Source: Pristiophorus japonicus
Lineage: Eukaryota
Direction: 5' to 3'
DNA length: 64,000 nt
Assembly: GCF_044704955.1 (NCBI RefSeq)
Contig: NC_091998.1
Coordinates: forward strand, 16,430,001 to 16,494,000
Made by a program: the position numbers and the translations under genes. Positions 25,063 through 38,765 of the stretch are shown piece by piece; the first letter of the stretch is position 1, and each line of letters opens with the position of its first letter. Under the pieces are notes generated by a model. The model saw nothing but the letters and a program-made list of their open reading frames with translations. It was not told where the DNA came from and did not search any database.

Positions 25063-28000
25063 TGGTCGAGCAGCAGACAGCAGAGTTGCCAACCTTCCCT
25101 CAATTCCTGTATTTCTTTCCCTAAATCGAGCAATTTAGATCTTTTGCAAAATGTCCCTTTTGGTTACATGCAAAACAAAGCTGCTCCTTCTCCAACACCT
25201 CTCCAGTTTTCATTGGGCCATTCCTGCCAGCGGCCTCCTCAACTGCATTCATTCCTTCAGCTATTACAGAAGATCACATGGACCATGAATTATCTGTAAA
25301 GCCACTTACCTTCTATATAATGGGACCTCTGCCCCAGTCAGGAACCGGCCCAACTCCCTCTTGAAGCCAGGCAAAGAGTTAATGCCCACCGTACCAGCTG
25401 GCATTGTATTCCAGAGTCTCACTACTCCATGGTATAGGAAGAACGTCCTAACATCAGTCTATTCTTAATCTTGCATAGTTTAAACACATCTCGAAATGCT
25501 CTAATTCACCACATCCAAATTTGACCAGCTGTGTGATGCCCCCCCCTCATATCAAAATTTGGGAGTTTACCCAATTCGCCGCACCCCATGTCCTCTTTAG
25601 CAAGGTTTTAACTGTTGCTCAACAATCGTAGTGTATTTGTACCGTTGGAGTAATCAGTCATCAATTATAGAACAAACAAGCATTTTATTAAGTAGCCTCA
25701 ATACAACAAGTAATTGCCTAGCACAAACAAAATGGCAGAAGGCCTTTGACCTTTCTATGACATCACTTCCTTTTCTGGGACTCCTCATACAACGCACACA
25801 TTCTCAGTTCTGTACAGTGCTCTACATTGATTTTAAAAATGCTGCAATTCAATAAGGCTTGAAAGCAAAGACCTTTTTTTGGATTTAAGCAAAACAGGCC
25901 TCCTAGATAGGATTAACCATTGTTAATTTTGCACCATCTTCTTGCTTACACGCACTGTACATGTGGTTGTATATGAGTTAAGTTTGCATTAATCAGGTAC
26001 AATCAACATATATTAGAAAAATCAAATAGGAGTTAAAATTATGCACAATAACTGAAATTCGTGGACAGAACTCAGCCCCTCGACTATAGTGGGGATTAAA
26101 GTGGAACACAGTGTGGACATTTATTGACTTCTGGGGGATAGTGTAGTTGGAGATCATGCCCTGTTAGTGTCTCACTTTTAGTAGCTATTTAAGAGGTGTT
26201 TGGCAGGAGAAGCGGTTTGAAAGCATTACAGGATTTATAACTGAGCTGTTAATTGTGCTGTTAATCTCAGAAAGGAAAATGATGGAGACAGTTTTTTTTT
26301 CTTTTAAGTGAAACCGGTCTAAATATTTGCAATTGTCTTCTACCTAAAATAAAGAGATAAACCTGACTTTTAATTCTTCTGGAGCTGAACAGATGTTTGA
26401 ACCTCCTGCAAAGAATAGAGGTTTACTTTCCATCAAACACACAGTGGACTATTTATCACTGTTTTTATTAGGTTTGGAGGTAATACTGGGCAAGCTGAGA
26501 TGTGAATGGTCTGTAAAATGAGTATTAATTTCCTGGATTTTCAAAATTGATGTGTGTGGGTTGTAACGAAAAACATAGATGGGAGCCTGGATAGGCACAT
26601 GACATTGTTCATAACATATACAATGCAACAGACTTGTTAAACCAAGTCTACTTAATCCTGTGTTTTTATAATCAGGCAGATTGTTTGGGTAGTGTATATT
26701 GATGTGTCTTGTCACTTTTTCCATTTGTAATATGAGTTACTGAATTATCACTATATTGCAGCACTAGTTTAGTTTGCCGTGTATAACCACTTTGTCTCTC
26801 TCTTTATATATATTTTAATGCACCGTAATCTTGTCTTTCAGGAGATAATTATTGATGTAAGGCAGCCACGAAGACCGCACAAGGTTTATTTTACTCCTAA
26901 CTGGTATATTTAAGTTAAATCATCATAGAACTGCCAGTGCATGGAGCCAAGCTTTGAACTGCACTGATCCTGTAACAAAGCCAGCTTCAGATAATCCATA
27001 ACTGGACATTGTCAGAGCACAGCTACAATCACACGCTCTTCATTATAAGCAACCTTCACCTCCAGGGGGCAGTTGCTTCCTGTATACTCGGAAGAAAAAA
27101 CAGTCTCCCTCAAAGACCCTCGTGGCGACTGATAATGTGAATAAATGTCATTGTTTCCAGCAAGCTTTTCAGTGTTTGCATTTAAACTCAAGACAAACTG
27201 AAACAGGGCTCCAGGCCAGTTTAATGTTAAACACGGCGCAACATGCACTATGCTGCAGTAGATGCATCTCCATCAGTGAAGCAACACGGCCCGGGGGCAC
27301 GTTCAACACTGTGCCTATGAAAACTCCTAACTGCTAGTAATTTTCCACAACGGGTGATAAGCATAGGTGTTTGTTCACCTCATGAGCTCTCTGAATTGAA
27401 GATCCTACGGCAATATGTAGAGATGCTACTGTTATTTACTCCACACTGTACAACCACCATATTGTGCCATTTTAGACCAGTTGTTCTTCTATCATTTGAG
27501 GCAATTGATTCTTCTCCAGTAATAAATACAGTCAACTCAGCTTTCAAATAAAATGACACGCTTTCTCAATTAACGGACAGTCCAAATTTAACATTCTACT
27601 TGTAACAATTTCTCAACACCAGAATGTTATTTTATTGCATTGAAAATGAAACAATTGTACCTGTGAAAAAATAATAGGCCTGTTTGTGGGTGTCTGTGAC
27701 CTTGTTATTAACACTCAGAGCAGCGGCCTGTAGACAGAGCGAGCGGCTTGTAAAGTTTACCTCGTACTGTGCAACATTTCAAACAATTGGCTTCTGAAAA
27801 GGACAGAAGAGGCTTCAGACTGGGCTGGGAATGGTGGTCGGCCTTCATTATTCAGCAGTCATGAATCTTTCACACTCAGGAAAATACTCCACACCACACG
27901 CCCCCCACCCACCTCCACACCACCCCACTTTGCCCAGTGTATTTTTGTGAGTGTTATCTATAATGTACATGTACGGAAGGTGAACTTCGAAGCGCACAAT

Positions 28001-28639
28001 GGATTGTGTTTCCACCTTATTCCTGTCTTTGATGCCCTGTAGGATTTTATGTGGAGGGATTTCTACACAGCACTGTCGACAGGAAATAAGGCAGAAATCC
28101 AATCTCGTTCATATATTCTTCAAAGCAAGCGGCCTTTATTGAACAGTTATAAAGCTACTCCGAAGTACTGCAAAAAAAAATTCATATTATACAAGCATGT
28201 GGTAACATTTTAAGGCTTACTTTCTGCAGAAACCCATTTATGATACAACAGTGGCGCGTAAACAAAGGAATACATCCAGCTTTGGTTGCAATGGTGAAAA
28301 TGGCTTCCCCAATTGCTCCCTCGATAAATATACCACCCTGTGTGATATGGCACCAGTCAGCCCGCAACGGTCATGGGGTCAATTTCCCCGTCTGTGTTGA
28401 CCAGGATGAACAGATGGTGCAAGTGCTTAAGAGTCTTGGGATAGGAAAGTGGGGAAAAAGAAAGATTCCCAATATCAACCCAGCCATCTCTGCCAGAGAC
28501 TTCAGATCATTTTAGGAAGCGGCTTGGCCATGATGCACACTACAGTTGATCAGCATGGAGACCTTCACTGTTGAGCTCAAACCTGATGAATTACCAAGGT
28601 CAAGATACTAAAGGGCCGTTGATGCCTGTACAAATATAC

Positions 28640-28930
28640 AGCACGAGGGTCATAAATATAAGATAGTCACTAATAAATCCAATAGGGAATTCAGCAGAAA
28701 CTACGTTACCAGAGAGTGGTTTGAATGTGGGACTCGCTGCCACAGGGAGTAGTTGTGGCGAATAGTATAGATGCATTTAAGAGAAAGCTAAATACGTACA
28801 TGAGGGAGAAATGATTAGAGGATTATGCTGATCGGGTGAGATGAAGAAGGGTGAGAAGGGGCTCAAGTGAAGCATAAACAACGGCATGGCCTGGTTGGGC
28901 CGAACGGCTTGTAACTGTGCTGTAAATATT
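28640..28930 (+). mobile_element. CR1 3' fragment (older subfamily)
   Basis: CACGAGGGTCATAAATATAAG..CAGAGAGTGGT..ATGTGG..CTCGCTGCCACAGGGAGTAGTTG..GGGCCGAA. Confidence 0.65.
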
Positions 28931-29859
28931 GTGTGATGCTAGGTCACGCTATGTAATACCCTCAATAGTCACTACCTTTGGGAGAGGAGAGGGGAAAATT
29001 AGACAACTGAAAATAATACTGTGAAAAAAGCTGGAATAATTTGAACACCATATCCTGTGCATCAGAACCACAAGTGTTTATTGGGCTCACAGAACACTGG
29101 CACACATTTTTGAGATTTCAGCACACCAGATGCAAGGCCAAGCACCTGCAGGACTGCAATGAAATGTTGTGGGTCTGTTTATACCTAAAGAAAGCAATGA
29201 CATAAATGTCTATAAAGCAAAAATATTTTATTTGTCATATCGCCATTCTTTATTTCATTTTCTTGCTGATGATGCAAACCATGCAAAATGTTTTGCCTTG
29301 ATGAAAATAACAGATGTCCAAGACAGCTTGCGCGGAATAAAAAATCGAGCTGGCCACGACTGTAAGCATCCAAATATAGTGATAGATTTAAGAGGGCCCA
29401 CCATCCCATGGGAGGATAAGGAGGTGAGAGATTATGGTACCAGTTTATAACAGTTACAATAGCCTAAACTGTTGCCAATAAATACAAGATGGCAGACATT
29501 GTCAAACATGGCTGAGGAGTCTAGGTCTGCAATGGGTATTTAGAATAAAACTGAAATAAATTTAACTGTATGATGTTAACCTGGAAGGGAATCAAGCCCT
29601 TTAAGTTATGAAATGATTTGGAAAAAGATATGTTTGGTAAACATTTATTCATATGTTTATCCTCATTTCCTTCTCAAACAGAAACATTTGTCAAATATTC
29701 TGCACGAGGGCAATGCACTGCTGCAGTCACAATACCAGCCCATAATAAGCAAGTCAGAAATTACGGACGACTATGCCTGCTTGCACTACAATAGCGTGGT
29801 AATCTGCCAGCAACCCAAAGTGCGCTATGATGAGCCGTAGACCAATATAAAATAGCACG

Positions 29860-30300
29860 TGTCAACTGTGGCTCACTCTAGCCTCTGAGTCAGAAGGTTC
29901 AAGTTCCACTCCAGAGCCTTGTGCACAAAATCTAGGCTTTCGCTCCAATGTACTACTGAGGGAGTGCTACACTGTCGGAGGTGCCGTCTTTCAGATAAAA
30001 CATTAAACTGAGGCCCCGTCTGCCCTCTCAGGTAGATGTAAAAGATGATTTTGAAGAAGAGCAGGGGAGTTCTTCTCTGGTGACCTGCCCAATATTTATC
30101 CCTCAATCAACATCATTTAAAAAAGATTAACAGGTCATTATCTCCTCGCTGATTGTGGGAGCTTGCTGTGCACAAATTGGCTGCCGCGTTTCCTACATTA
30201 CATCAGCGACTATACTTCAAAAGTACTTCATTGGCTATAAAGCGCTTTGGGATGTCCTGAGGTTGTGAAAGGCGCTATATAAATGCATGTATTTCTTTCT
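29860..30300 (+). mobile_element. DeuSINE, near full length with small deletions
   Basis: Head GTGGCTCA..GGTTCAAGTTCCAC, Deu core, tail GTGAAAGGCGCTATATAAATGCA. Further partial copies at ~14420-14520 (-), 20100-20258 (-), 31750-31912 (+) and 43850-43945 (-). Confidence 0.88.
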
Positions 30301-30469
30301 TCCTTTTCGACACAGTGTGCCCTTGATGGCTGCACAATACCAGCGTGATATACCTGCTGGACTTTGGGGGAAACCACAGGCACAGATGAGGCAACGTCCA
30401 GATGGCCAAGCTTTTCATCAACCCCTCCTCACTATCTCTTTATTTTGCTCACTACCCATTTTTTTTTTA

Positions 30470-30780
30470 CATAGGATGACAAATGATATAGGACACAGAA
30501 ACAGGCCATTCGGCCCAACCAGTCCATGCCGGTGTTTATGCTCCATTCAAGCCTCCTCCTGTCTTTCCCCATCTAAATCTATCAGCACTTATTCCCTATT
30601 CCCTTCTCCCTCATATGCTTGTCTAGCCTCCCCTTAAATGCATCTATACTATTCGCTTCAACCACTCCCTGTGGTCCACATTCTCACCACTCTTTGGGTA
30701 AAGAAGTTTCTTCTGAAATCCCTTTTGGTTTTCTTGGTGACTAACTTATATTGATGGTTCCTAGTTATGCCCTTCTGATT
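30470..30780 (-). mobile_element. CR1 3' fragment
   Basis: CAGGCCATTCGGCCCAAC..CCTTAAATGCATCTATACTATTCGCTTCAACCACTCCCTGTGG..CACATTCTCACCACTCT. Confidence 0.7.
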
Positions 30781-30814
30781 ATACTTTGCAAAATAGTAAT
30801 ATGCTATTGTATGT

Positions 30815-31250
30815 TCATTCATCATTCATAGGCAGTCCCTCAGAATCGAGGAAGACTTGCTTCCACTTTTAAAAATGAGTCCTTAGGTGGCTGAACAGTC
30901 CAATATGGGAATCACAGTCCCCGTCACAAATAGTCGTTGAGGGAAAGGGTGGGTGGGACTGGTTTGCTGCACGCTCTTTTGGCTGCCTGCGCTTGATTTC
31001 TGCATGCTCTCAGCGATAAGACTCGAGGTACTCGGCGCCCTCCTGGATGCACTTCCTCCACTTAGGGCGGTCTTTGGCCAAGGACTCCCAGGTGTCCGTG
31101 GGAATGTTGCACTTTTTCATGGAGGCTTTCAGGGTGTCCCTGTAACATTTCCTCTGCCCACCTTTGGCTCGTTTGCCGTGAAGGAGTTCAGAGTAGAGCA
31201 CTTGCTTTGGGAGTCTCGTGTCAGGCATTTGAACAATGTGGCCTGCCCAG
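30815..31250 (-). mobile_element. RTE LINE 3' fragment
   Basis: WAGHIVQMPDTRLPKQVLYSELLHGKRAKGGQRKCYRDTLK; 10-bp TSD TATTGTATGT (30805-30814, 31251-31260); (ATG)-type tail. Confidence 0.9.
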
Positions 31251-33316
31251 TATTGTATGTATATGATATAAATGTAATAAAGGGTTTTATTTCCAAGAAC
31301 AAATAGCACAACATTATTCATTACAGCTGCCTACTTGCTGTGAGGATATTAAGGGTCAACCACATAGTGTGTCTCTTGTAGGGCAGACCAAGTGGGTAGC
31401 AGCGTCCCCTTCTTGAAGGACATTCGTGAATCAGTTGGGCTTTTATGACAATCTGGAAGTTTTAATGGTCATTTTCTGGTACTAGCTCACAAATGACCAG
31501 GTTTATTGAATTTAATTTCACAACTTGCCCTGGTGGGATTTGAACTCATAGCCTCTGCGCTGTTAGAATACCGGACTACCATAGTCTGTTAATCCTGAAA
31601 AAACTTTGGAAGTTGTTCTAAAGACGCAATCAGGATTTTTCTTTGGGGAGGGGAGAGAGAAAAAGGCATACTTTTGCGCGAGGTGAAAAAATAATGAACC
31701 ACATTATAATGATCAGGGACAGATTTTGCTACAACATCTTGTGCTCCATATATTATCTGGTCATTATCACACTGCTATTTGTGGGAGCTTGCTGTGCACA
31801 AATTGGCTACATTACAACAGTGTTTCCTACATTACAACAGTGACTGCACTTCAAAAGTAGGGCTGTAAAACGTCCTGAAGCCGTGAAAGGCGCTATATAA
31901 ACGCAAATCTTTTCCCCCCCCCATTTTTTCGAAGATATTTTCTATTGTGTTGTGTCCTGAATGGCAAAAAAAGAACTTAGTTCTGAATTCCAATGATAAA
32001 TGCTGAATTGGATGTCCATACAGAACTGTGCTCCCTTAGTCACACAGTGAAGATCGAGATAATTTGAAACAAAATCGTAACTGCAGCCCCTCCAGAGGTT
32101 AAAGCTAATTTATTAAGCTTTCTTTTCATTTGTTATTAGCCATTCCTTGCTCGAAATATAGTTTAATTTTACCAGTAAAAAAAATAAAGCTTAAGTGCTA
32201 ACAGATGGTTGCATGCCAGTACAGTTCTTTTGCCCATGGTACTAAAAGTGATTTGCAACCACGTCATATTATTTATCATTACTCATTTACTGTCAGCAGT
32301 GTATTAGAGGTTAATAGAAGTGCCAGAACATGTACTGATTTACTTAGTAAAATTTTTGTTCCAAGGTTCAGGGCGGCTGATTGGAGTCTGCGAGACTTTC
32401 AATATTCATACATTATGAACAGGGAACCGCAGTGACCTTGAGACAAGACTACTTGAACAGTATATTATATCAAGTTTGACCTTCAGCAGCTTATAAATAT
32501 ACTAGATGTATTTAACCAATATTTTCTTCCATATTACTGACACTGTGAAACACGCAGTCTGGAAGATTAATGCTGTGTGACAACAACAAGAACAAAAATC
32601 ATGTGACACAGATATTCCGAGTCTCCTCCAATGACCTTCAGCATTGTAAGCTGTCAATACTGAAGGACCAGAATAATCATAGGTAGCCTTTAAGGGAAAA
32701 GGGACACTTTCTTCAGTCACCTCCTGCTATTGTGCTCTGGTATATGGGGAATTGTCTTATCTTGCTTTCAGATTCCTACAATGAGAAAAAAAAAGAAATC
32801 AATAGCTGTGGTGTTAGCGGGCGTGTTAGCAAAGCTACAGCAACCTCTAAAATATCAAGTCAAATCCATTTCTTTCATAAATGTCTTCATTTCCAAATGT
32901 CACTGTTAAGTGATTTTTTTTTTACCTATCTCTAAGCTTATGCCAAATAGCATTTCACAAAAGTTTTTTTCCCCCCTCAGTTGTTTCCCAATTGGATGTA
33001 GCGGTGAGTTAACTGATTTCATTGCCCTGATTGTGCTGTACTGTGTTTTATCATTTTGTTTTTTTTGTATTTGTGAGGGGAAAAAATCCAAATTGTAGCA
33101 CGAACAGAACCATTGTATTGTAGTGCAGAATAAGAAGTAATTACTGAGAAAAATGAAAGCTGTTTCTGCTGTTCGGAGAAATGATAAGGGAATACTGTTC
33201 CTTTTCAAAGCATGGAGTCCATTTTGATATAATTGGTTCCAGAATTATTTATGACATTAATTGCTGCATTATCGACTGGCTGTCAGCTCTTCTGGCAGTC
33301 AGTCCATCTTTCTTAC

Positions 33317-33395
33317 CACTGCAAGCCAACTCAGCCCAAACTAGACTGACAAGCTAATTACACTCATCTCCTCCTCAATGACAAATGCTGCTCAT
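33317..33395 (-). CDS. Candidate host exon carrying a stop codon (DEQHLSLRRR*, TGA at 33364-33366)
   Basis: gtttcag|AT acceptor (weak pyrimidine tract) and GTG|gtaag donor; in phase with the 33737-33964 exon. Confidence 0.35.
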
Positions 33396-33736
33396 CTGAA
33401 ACCTTTCCAGAAATAGGCGTTTTTTCTTTCCTTCGAGTGAGTTCATCCTGAGCCAGTCTTTGCTGATATCTACAGGTACAGAATGCTGCTAACTCCACAC
33501 ACATGGTGATTAGTTAGAACATCTCACTCGATCCAAATACCCAAACACCTTGTGCTATCAATCTGAATGTCAGCCCATGATACGCTCCTTGCTTTCAGCG
33601 GATTTTCGACTGGTTCATATCTGTCACTCAACCCTGAAGCCCACAGCTCTGAGCCTGGTGGAAAAAAAAATGTACCATACCTTCCCCCCCACCCCCTTCC
33701 TACTTCCAGCGAACAAGGATCAAATGCGACACGTAC

Positions 33737-33964
33737 CAAACTCGGAATGTCCCGCAGCCAGCTCTATTCTCTCTGATGCTGTCATCTCGAGATACATCAG
33801 GAGCACTGGCTCAATGGCAACGTCCCTGACATCTGTCAGAAACTTTAAAAAGTCTGCTCTTTTCATTAGGATGCTTCTGTATCTCAGCCAGGGGAAAGAT
33901 GACATTTTGTAGGGGGCTAAAACTTGTTGCAGCTCCCTCTTCCACCTGTCATTCCAAGTATCCT
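33737..33964 (-). CDS. Candidate 228-nt phase 1-1 coding exon of an unidentified host gene
   Basis: gttttgatatgtttag|AG acceptor and TTG|gtacgt donor; open throughout: EDTWNDRWKRELQQVLAPYKMSSFPWLRYRSILMKRADFLKFLTDVRDVAIEPVLLMYLEMTASERIELAAGHSEF; no TE similarity recognised. Confidence 0.6.
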
Positions 33965-34639
33965 CTAAACATATCAAAACATGGGCAAATAAACATGGTC
34001 ATTTGGAAATGTACGCAGTAATGACCAAGTTTTTTTTAACATGTCAAAGCAAAATGTGCACATTTTCTCATAGGATGCAGCGCTACAGAAAATGTAGCGC
34101 TAGGCTATCTTTGACCTTTGTGATGTGCCGCTTCCAAAGATTGATGAGCACAACTCAAATACACATGAGTTCCTTAATGCTCCTGTCCTTTTTCCATTTC
34201 AATGGAATATTTGCCATATAAAAATTATCAAGTAAAAGTTGGAGAAGGTCATTTTGATCTCAACAGCAGTGGAAATATTCAGCCGAATTAACAATTCATG
34301 AACAATTATGAGCTGCGGGAAATAATAATAAAATGGCCTAAGATTTATTTGCAGCTGTTTACCAACATCAAACATGAACTTATAGTTGCGTCTGATGTAC
34401 ATCCTTCTGTGCCTTTTTTGAAGTCACTTTATAATTGACTGCTTTCCAAATTTTGTTTATTTTGTTTTCTCCTTTAAACATAAAAGACATAAGGGAAGAA
34501 AATCAGAGGAAAAATTAAAGTCTGCTGCAGATGGACCCCGGCTGTATGGGCAGTGCCAGCGCTGTGCCCTGGCCCAAGTGGTGATCCTTTGTGTGCAAGT
34601 TAAGTGTTGGTAGATATTCAACTGGGGAGACGGGGGCAG

Positions 34640-34925
34640 TGACCAAAGTCCACCCAAAGTGGAGAAAGAGCATCCAGGAGGCACTGAGCACCTCGAGTCT
34701 CGTCGCCGAGAGCATGCAGAAATCAAGTGCAGGCAGCAGAAGGAGTGTGCGGCAAACCAGTCTCCCCACCCACCCTTTCCTTCAACCACTATCTGTCCCA
34801 CCTGTGACAGAGACTGTAATTTCCATATTGGACTGTACAGCCACCTGTGAACTCACTTTTAGAGTGGAAGTAAGTCTTCCTCAATTTCGAGGGACTGCCG
34901 ATGATGATGATGATGGTGATGGTGA
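34640..34925 (+). mobile_element. RTE LINE 3' fragment
   Basis: PKWRKSIQE and TICPTCDRDC..HIGLYSHL; tail TTCCTCAATTTCGAGGGACTGCCG(ATG)n. Confidence 0.85.
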
Positions 34926-36019
34926 AACCTGAGCCCAATCCTGTCTTTGCCTGATGGCCACGATCCTGCAACAACTTGGCCAACTTTCCCCCCACCTTCT
35001 TAATCCTAAGACACTGCCACCAAGGGTGTGCCCACGTTACTGCCTTCGGCTGAGTTGAACAAACTAAGCACAGAACAGGGATCAAAATCCTGGTATCTTT
35101 CTGATCTGAATGGCTCAATGCCACATCACACTTAGCCATTGGTAAGAGAGGGTGTTAATGTCTGTATTGCATAGTTTAAGAAACTCAAATCCAAATGAAA
35201 GAAAAACCTAATTGTACATTTCCTGTCCTATTTGGTTCACCAGACACACTAACCTCAATGGCATATTGTTATTTACATGCATTGCCTCAAGCTAAAATTA
35301 GACTTGGCATGTCACACAATGGATGGAAAATAAATGGAAACATTCCTGTTCATTATTATTTGGAGATTTCTCAATACCTTCAAAAAAACTATGATTTTTG
35401 GAAGGAGATTCTTGAAGAAATGAATTGCACATGGACAAATAAGCAGTGTGCATGACAAAAGACTAATCTTTCGATGGCACATCGGGCCCAATCCTTTAGA
35501 CTGATATTGGCACTGCTGATTTCTGGGCTTGGCAAAAGGTACAGAAAAGGGAATTTGCACCGGGGATAGCAGAATTTTAATGTTTTTTTTGCATTACCTT
35601 CATTATCAACTAGCCCCATGCATAGTACAGGAGCAGGGAGAAAGGTAATAATGCCTAATGCCTCCCTGAACAATGTTACTGTATTGTGCTTTTTTTACTC
35701 TGCAAAGTAGAAGGTTCCTAATCGTAAATAGGTGACAAAGCCAAAGTGATGTTTCACAAAATATTTTGAACCAAAAGGTCATTTTCAATATACTAACATT
35801 TTGGGTTTTTTCTGGATATACTAGGGGGTGAAGCTAACCAAATGTCCAGACACATGTCCATGCCCCTCTGTAAATGTTTACTGTCGCGAAGTTTGTGATA
35901 CTATCTTGGGATGACGCACAGATGAGGGAGGCCACTCAGCCTATCTTAGTTCATCCATCCAAAAAAAAGTTTCATTCTCCATCACATTATCAAACTGCAT
36001 CTTCAATGAATCTAAGGAT

Positions 36020-36252
36020 TGAATGGTTATCGAATGGTTACAGCACAAAAGGAGGCTGCCATTCGGCCCATCATGCCTGTGTCAGCTCTCTGCAAGAGCT
36101 CTTCAGTTAGTCCCACTCCCTTCTCCTTTCCACGTAGCCCTGCAATTTATTTTCCCTTCAGGTATGTATCCAAATCCCTTTTGAAAGCCATGACTGAATT
36201 TGCCTCCACCACCCTTTCAGGCAGTGCATTCCAAGAACCCAACCACTCGCTG
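36020..36252 (-). mobile_element. CR1 3' fragment abutting the next CR1 in opposite orientation
   Basis: TACAGCACA..GGAGG..CCATTCGGCCCATC..CCACCACCCTTTCAGGCAGTGCATTCCA. Confidence 0.65.
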
Positions 36253-36254
36253 CA

Positions 36255-37446
36255 CCAGTTGATGTGGTATATTTGGACTTTCAGAAGGCTTTCGACAAGG
36301 TCCCACACACGAGATTAATGTGCAAAGTTAAAGCACATGGGATTGGGGGTAGTGTGCTGAGTCAGACAGGAAGCAAAGAGTAGGAGTAAATGGGGACTTT
36401 TCAGAATGGCAGGCAGTGACTAGTGGGGTACCGCAAGGTTCTGTGCTGGGGCCCCAGCTGTTTACACTGTACATTAATGATTTAGACGAGGGGATTAAAT
36501 GTAGTATCTCCAAATTTGCGGATGACACTAAATTGGGTGGCAGTGTGAGCTGCGAGGAGGATGCTATGAGGCTGCAGAGTGACTTGGATAGGTTAGGTGA
36601 GTGGGCAAATGCATGGCAGATGAAGTATAATGTGGATAAATGTGAGGTTATCCACTTTGGTGGTAAAAACAAAGAGACAGACTATTATCTGAATGGTGAC
36701 AGATTAGGAAAAGGGGATGTGCAACGAGACCTGGGTGTCATGGTACTTCAGTCATTGAAGGTTGGCATGCAGGTACAGCAGGCGGTTAAGAAAGCAAATG
36801 GCATGTTGGCCTTCATAGCGAAGGGATTTGAGTACAGGGGCAGGGAGGTGTTGCTACAGTTGTACAGGGTCTTGGTGAGGCCACACCTGGAGTATTGTGT
36901 ACAGTTTTGGTCTCCTAACTTGAGGAAGGACATTCTTGCTATTGAGGGAGTGCAGCGAAGGTTCACCAGACTGATTCCCGGGATGGCGGGACTGACATAT
37001 CAAGAAAGACTGGAGCAACTGGGCTTGTATTCACTGGAGTTCAGAAGAATGAGAGGGGATCTCATAGAAACGTTTAAAATTCTGACAGGTTTAGACAGGT
37101 TAGATGCAGGAAGAATGTTCCCAATGTTGGGGAAGTCCAGAACCAGGGGTCACAATCTAAGGATAAGGGGTAAGCCATTTAGGACCGAGATGAGGAGAAA
37201 CTTCTTCACCTAGAGTGTGGTGAACCTGTGGAATTCTCTACCACAGAAAGTTGTTGAGGCCAATTCACTAAATATATTCAAAAAGGAATTAGATGTAGTC
37301 CTTACTACTAGGGGGATCAAGGGGTATGGCGAGAAAGTAGGAATGGGGTATTGAAGTTGCATGTTCAGCCATGAACTCATTGAATGGCGGTGCAGGCTCG
37401 AGGGGCCGAATGGCCTACTCCTGCACCTATTTCCTATGTTTCTATG
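36255..37446 (+). mobile_element. 5'-truncated CR1 LINE (RT C-terminal half plus 3'UTR)
   Basis: ORF 36416-37213: SGVPQGSVLGPQLF, KFADDTKLGG, LYRVLVRPHLEYCVQFWSP; tail TTCCTATGTTTCTATG. Confidence 0.95.
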
Positions 37447-38193
37447 CGTAAAAAGGTCGTAAAGTGTAAATTGTAGCTATACTACCCTCCTCAGAAGACT
37501 AGGTGCTGATTACCCCGTGGGTGAAGATGTTTTTCCCAATGCAACCATTGGTTATTTTACACCACCCCTCCCTGTGGGAATGTGCCTGATGACCCAGCTG
37601 ATATCTGGCCTGTATCATTAGCACTCTATTGAGTCCTAGGACGTGCACAAGGCCAGTCCGGGCGACCCTTGCAGCCACTTTTCTGTCCCTGTCGGCAAGT
37701 GCTGAGCACCCATTTGCTACGCCCAAGCTCAGGGCCTCACTGCGAAGGGAGGATCCGCAAATAACAATGGATCTGAGATGCGAGGGGAAGGGAATAGTTA
37801 AAAAGGGATGACTTCACTGAAATTGGAGTCATCTAAATGAAGTCAACATTAAAAATGTTCACATTTGGCTCAACTTGGATTGATTTGGGCACATACTTAA
37901 AAATGAACTTCTTAGTTATTATCAAAAATGCTGTGGCAGAAAATGTGAGTCACCATGAATTATGTCTTCATTTTTGTATCCTTAAAAATAGATTGAAAAA
38001 ATATGATTTTTTTTTTTTTAAAACAGCAATTCGAGAGCTTGAGCAGGAAATGGCTACACCCTACATCAAGCACGTCCATGTGTTTATAATCCCGTACCTG
38101 CAGCTACGCTTACACACTGTCCGGAAGATCTGAAGCTGAGCTAGAAAACTGTCTTCACCACACCAAGAAAAATACAACAATTTTGTGAATGCT

Positions 38194-38199
38194 TTTATT
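38194..38199 (-). promoter_or_regulatory. Putative polyadenylation signal of the minus-strand host gene
   Basis: AATAAA followed by a GU/U-rich element (TTGTTGTATTTTTCTTGGTGTGGTG); ~1.55 kb of AT-rich sequence with no recognised TE separates it from the stop at 39740. Confidence 0.55.
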
Positions 38200-38499
38200 T
38201 TATAAAGAATTGAAACAACCATCAGAGCTAAATAACAAAGTGCATATTTTGCAAAATACAGGAATGTAATTTATTACAGTCGTATGTCATGCACAGATTA
38301 ATAAAGTTAAGAATTCTGCTTTGTTAGTTTTTAAATCCAAACACTGTAACATAATATTCTTAGCATATGTAAATAATACTTGCAATAATTTCATATTGTT
38401 TAGACAGGCTATCTGCTTTACAGTAAATTTTACTCATCACTGCTCAATGTTTTCAATGGATCCACTGAAGAACTGTAAACTCGAGATTCTTGAACCATC

Positions 38500-38765
38500 A
38501 TCTGTATTAAATACGACAGCACAGCAAAGCTTCGTAGAGAAAACATGTATCCAAACTGCATTAAATACGACAAAACCGCAATGCTGTACTGTGTAGAAAA
38601 GCATGTGAATCGAAATGTTTAGTCACTATAAAACAGCAGCATGTCCATTGTAGAAAAACACAGGTATCTGAATACAACACTATACCGCGTAGAAAACACG
38701 TGACCAAGCTCAGTGCTAACAAGGATATGCAAATGCTGTACACTGTGTAGAAAAACATGTACACC
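38500..38765. repeat. Degenerate ~58-bp tandem repeat
   Basis: GTAG(A)AAA(A/G)CA(T/C) core recurs five times; TTAAATACGACA occurs twice, 55 bp apart. Confidence 0.7.

Noticed and set aside
32630-32670. SECIS-like hairpin ATGACCTTCAGCATTGTAAGCTGTCAATACTGAAGGAC
   Set aside because: A real 12-bp stem, but the spacing (13 nt to AAG, 15 nt to GA) and the GA/GA register do not fit a canonical SECIS, and there is no supported selenoprotein ORF on that strand
38027-38133. Plus-strand terminal exon after a T-rich tract and AACAG
   Set aside because: No recognisable product in any frame and no supported upstream plus-strand exons (26842 is only a weak candidate)
38500-38765. CRISPR-like repeat-spacer array
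   Set aside because: Vertebrate DNA, a short degenerate core, spacers partly related to each other, and no cas genes
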